64,000 nucleotides of DNA, from positions 1,524,910 to 1,588,909 of the forward strand of contig CAVWLC010000005.1 in NCBI GenBank assembly GCA_963755835.1, read 5' to 3'. The notes below the pieces were generated by a model, which was given only the letters and a program-made list of their open reading frames with translations, was not told where the DNA came from and ran no database searches. The position numbers and the translations under genes are program-made. The number at the start of each line of letters is the position of its first letter. Position 1 is the first letter of the stretch. This document shows positions 61,234-64,000 of this stretch, piece by piece. The stretch comes from an uncultured Actinomycetota bacterium (GTDB lineage: Bacteria > Actinomycetota > Actinomycetes > Propionibacteriales > Nocardioidaceae).

Positions 61234-63942
61234 TCAGGAGGCGGCCTTCCCGACCTCGGAGCGGACCAGCACCAAAGCCTCGTCGATGCGGGAGGCGTCG
61301 CTGCCGCCGCCCTGGGCGACGTCGTCCTTGCCGCCGCCCTTGCCGCCCAGCAGGGGACCGATGGCGCGGACCAGGTCGTTCGCGCTCACCCCACGGCCCC
61401 GGCCCTCGTCGTTGACGGCCGCGACCACCGAGACCTTGCCGTCGGCGTCGCCGATGACCACGACCACCCCGGGCTGGCCCGCAGGCAGCCGGCCGCGGAC
61501 GTCGAGCGCCAGCGTGCGCACGTCGCCCCCGGCCGCCCCTGGCGCCCGGGTGGCGACCAGCGCCACCCCGCCGACCTGCTCAGCGCCGGCCGCCAGCTCG
61601 CCGGCCCGCGCGAGCAGCTGTCCCACCCGGACCTTCTCGAGCTCCTTCTCGGCCGCGCGCAGCTTCTCGACGATGTCGTTGACCCGCTCCGGCAGCTCCT
61701 CCGGCCGCGCTTTCAGCGCCTCGGAGAGCTGGTTGACCAGGACGTGCTCGCGGGCCAGGAACCGGTAGGCATCGGCGCCGACGAGCGCCTCCACCCGGCG
61801 TACGCCGGACCCGATCGAGGACTCGTGCAGCAGCTTGATCACGCCGAGCTTGCCGGAGCTGCCGGCGTGGGTGCCGCCGCACAGCTCGCGCGCCCAGTCG
61901 CCGACCGAGACCACGCGGACCTCGTCGCCGTACTTCTCGCCGAACAGCGCCATCGCCCCGGACCTGACCGCCTCGGCCTGGCTCATGATCTCTGCCTGCA
62001 CCGCCAGGTCGTCGAGGATCACGTCGTTGACCCGGGCCTCGACGTCGGCCATCACCGACTCGGGCACCGCGCCCGCCGCTGAGAAGTCGAACCGGAACCG
62101 GCCCGGCGCGTTCTCCGACCCGGCCTGCGTGGCCGTCTCCCCGAGCGCCTCGCGGAACGCCTTGTGCACCATGTGCGTGGCGGTGTGGGCGCGGGAGATC
62201 GACATCCGGCGCGCCAGGTCCACCTCGGAGTGCGCCTCGAGCCCCGGGGTGACCTCGCCGTTGAGCACGGTCGCCCGGTGCACGATCAGCCCGGTGATCG
62301 GCGACTGCACGTCGTCGACCCGCAGCCGCGCCCCGTTGGAGAGCTCGATGATCCCCTGGTCGGCGAGCTGGCCGCCGCCCTCGGCGTAGAACGGCGTCCG
62401 GTCGAGGACCAGCTCCACCTCGTCGCCCTCGCGGACCGAGTCGACCACGCCGTCGGCCGTGACCAGCGCGCTGACCGCGCCGTCGGTGACCGTCTCGGCG
62501 TACCCGGTGAACTGCACCGGCGCGCCCATCGAGTCGGCCACCGCGCGGTAGGCCGTGGCGTCGCGGTGCGCACCCTTCTTGGCCCGCGCGTCGTCCTTCG
62601 CCCGCTGCCGCTGCTCGTTCATCAGCCGGCGGAAGCCGACCTCGTCGACGTTGAGCCCCTGCTCGGCAGCCATCTCGAGGGTCAGGTCGATCGGGAAGCC
62701 GTAGGTGTCGTGCAGCGCGAACGCCCGGTCGCCGGACAGCTCGCTGCCGCCGGCCTGCTTCACCTCCGCGGCCGCCGTGTCGAAGATGGCGGTGCCGGCC
62801 CGCAGCGTCTGCCGGAACGCGTCCTCCTCCGCGAACGCCACGGTCGAGATCCGCGGCCAGTCGCGGTGCAGCCCCTCGTAGGTCTCGCCCATCTTGTCGC
62901 GGCTGACCGGCAGCAGCTCCGGCAGCACCGGGTCCTCGCACCCGAGCAGCCGCATCGAGCGGATCGCGCGCCGCACCAGCCGGCGCAGCACATAGCCGCG
63001 GCCCTCGTTGCCCGGCGTGACGCCGTCACCGATCAGCATCAGCGAGCTGCGGATGTGGTCGGCCACGACCCGGAACCGGACGTCGTCCTCGTGGTTCGTG
63101 CCGTAGACCCGCCCGGTCAGCTCCTGGGCCTTCTCGATGACCGGGAACATCACGTCGATCTCGTACAGGTTCTCCACGCCCTGCAAGAGGAAGGCCACGC
63201 GCTCCAACCCCATGCCGGTGTCGATGTTCTTCTTCGGCAACGGGCCGGCGACGTCGAAGTCGTCCTTGGCGCGTACGGCGCTGAGCTCCTCCTGCATGAA
63301 GACCAGGTTCCAGAGCTCCAGCAGCCGGTCCTCGAGCTTGCTGGGCATGTCCGGGCCCAGCAGCGTCGGGTCGAAGTCCGGGCCGTGCTCGCTGCCCCGG
63401 TCGTAGAGGATCTCCGAGGCCGGGCCGCCCGGGCCGGGGACCCCCATCGACCAGTAGTTGTCCTTCTTGCCCAGCCGCAGGATCCGCTCCTCGGGCAGGC
63501 CGGAGATCTTCTTCCAGAGCTCGAGCGCCTCGGTGTCGTCGACGTAGACGCTCGGGTAGAGACGGCTCTCCTCGAGCCCCCAGCCGCCCTGGTCGCGGGG
63601 CTTGGTGACCAGCTCCCAGGCGAGCTCGATGGCGCCCTCCTTGAAGTAGTCGCCGAAGGAGAAGTTGCCGCACATCTCGAAGAAGGTGCCGTGGCGTGTC
63701 GTCCTGCCGACGTCCTCGATGTCCGGCGTACGGATGCACTTCTGCACGCTGGTGGCGCGGGGGTAGGGCGGTGTCTCGTCGCCCAGGAAGTAGGGCTTGA
63801 ACGGCACCATGCCGGCGTTCACGAACAGCAGCGTGGGGTCGTCGAGCAGCAGCGAGGCGGACGGTACGACGGTGTGGGCACCCCAGCGCGTGTCGTTCTC
63901 GAAGTGCGCGACGAAGTTCCGTCGGATGTCGGCGGTGTCCAT
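61234..63942 (-). CDS. alaS: alanine--tRNA ligase
   Basis: FVNAGMVPFKPYF...QKCIR...HGTFFEMCGNFSFGDYFK, an editing domain with HTATH...CGGTH, and a C-terminal DHHA1-like region. Confidence 0.97.
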   Translation of the reverse strand: MDTADIRRNFVAHFENDTRWGAHTVVPSASLLLDDPTLLFVNAGMVPFKPYFLGDETPPYPRATSVQKCIRTPDIEDVGRTTRHGTFFEMCGNFSFGDYFKEGAIELAWELVTKPRDQGGWGLEESRLYPSVYVDDTEALELWKKISGLPEERILRLGKKDNYWSMGVPGPGGPASEILYDRGSEHGPDFDPTLLGPDMPSKLEDRLLELWNLVFMQEELSAVRAKDDFDVAGPLPKKNIDTGMGLERVAFLLQGVENLYEIDVMFPVIEKAQELTGRVYGTNHEDDVRFRVVADHIRSSLMLIGDGVTPGNEGRGYVLRRLVRRAIRSMRLLGCEDPVLPELLPVSRDKMGETYEGLHRDWPRISTVAFAEEDAFRQTLRAGTAIFDTAAAEVKQAGGSELSGDRAFALHDTYGFPIDLTLEMAAEQGLNVDEVGFRRLMNEQRQRAKDDARAKKGAHRDATAYRAVADSMGAPVQFTGYAETVTDGAVSALVTADGVVDSVREGDEVELVLDRTPFYAEGGGQLADQGIIELSNGARLRVDDVQSPITGLIVHRATVLNGEVTPGLEAHSEVDLARRMSISRAHTATHMVHKAFREALGETATQAGSENAPGRFRFDFSAAGAVPESVMADVEARVNDVILDDLAVQAEIMSQAEAVRSGAMALFGEKYGDEVRVVSVGDWARELCGGTHAGSSGKLGVIKLLHESSIGSGVRRVEALVGADAYRFLAREHVLVNQLSEALKARPEELPERVNDIVEKLRAAEKELEKVRVGQLLARAGELAAGAEQVGGVALVATRAPGAAGGDVRTLALDVRGRLPAGQPGVVVVIGDADGKVSVVAAVNDEGRGRGVSANDLVRAIGPLLGGKGGGKDDVAQGGGSDASRIDEALVLVRSEVGKAAS

Positions 63943-64000
63943 CAGCTCGTACCCTCCTCTTCCTGTCTCGTCGGTGTCGATGTGGTCAGCTCTGCCGTGC

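Overview
Very GC-rich actinobacterial chromosomal core region. Gene order and protein similarity suggest a Nocardioides/Propionibacteriales-like organism, but that is an inference. I call about 70 protein genes, nearly all on the minus strand and many joined by 1-4 nt stop/start overlaps. From left to right on the plus strand: rplT-rpmI-infC; an SseB/PLP-enzyme/kinase cluster; hisG-hisE; the rib operon (ribD-ribE-ribBA-ribH) behind an FMN riboswitch; rpe; MarR/SRPBCC; a stand-alone LigD polymerase domain; rsmB-fmt-def; priA; metK; coaBC; rpoZ; gmk; mihF; pyrF-pyrD-carB-carA; an inserted amino-acid ABC transporter plus serine hydrolase; pyrC-pyrB-pyrR; an accessory block (ParA-like ATPase, two paralogous flavoprotein disulfide reductases, MOSC, SnoaL, DUF1206); nusB-efp; a small TPR/Excalibur/SIMPL island; aroQ-aroB-aroK-aroC; prepilin peptidase; aroE; mltG-ruvX-alaS. 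I found no rRNA, tRNA, CRISPR array, transposase or recognisable defence system. The most unusual signals are these. (1) A family of two-tier palindromic REP/MITE-like repeats: one copy is translated in frame inside the 3' end of carA, a half copy forms the carB-stop/pyrD-start junction, and a related second family lies upstream of nusB. (2) The PyrR-binding leader, including a -10-like hexamer, is duplicated, so the pyr operon is split into two PyrR-controlled units around a 3.7-kb insertion. (3) Three genes (carB, pyrD and one disulfide reductase) each carry a single extra G/C base that breaks the frame, which means either real pseudogenes or assembly indels. (4) Three genes (trmH-like, gmk, coaBC) have CTG as their only plausible initiation codon, two of them in CTGA overlaps. 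(5) A 52-codon ORF exactly bridges ribD and ribE. All calls come from reading the sequence and the ORF translations. No database search was run.
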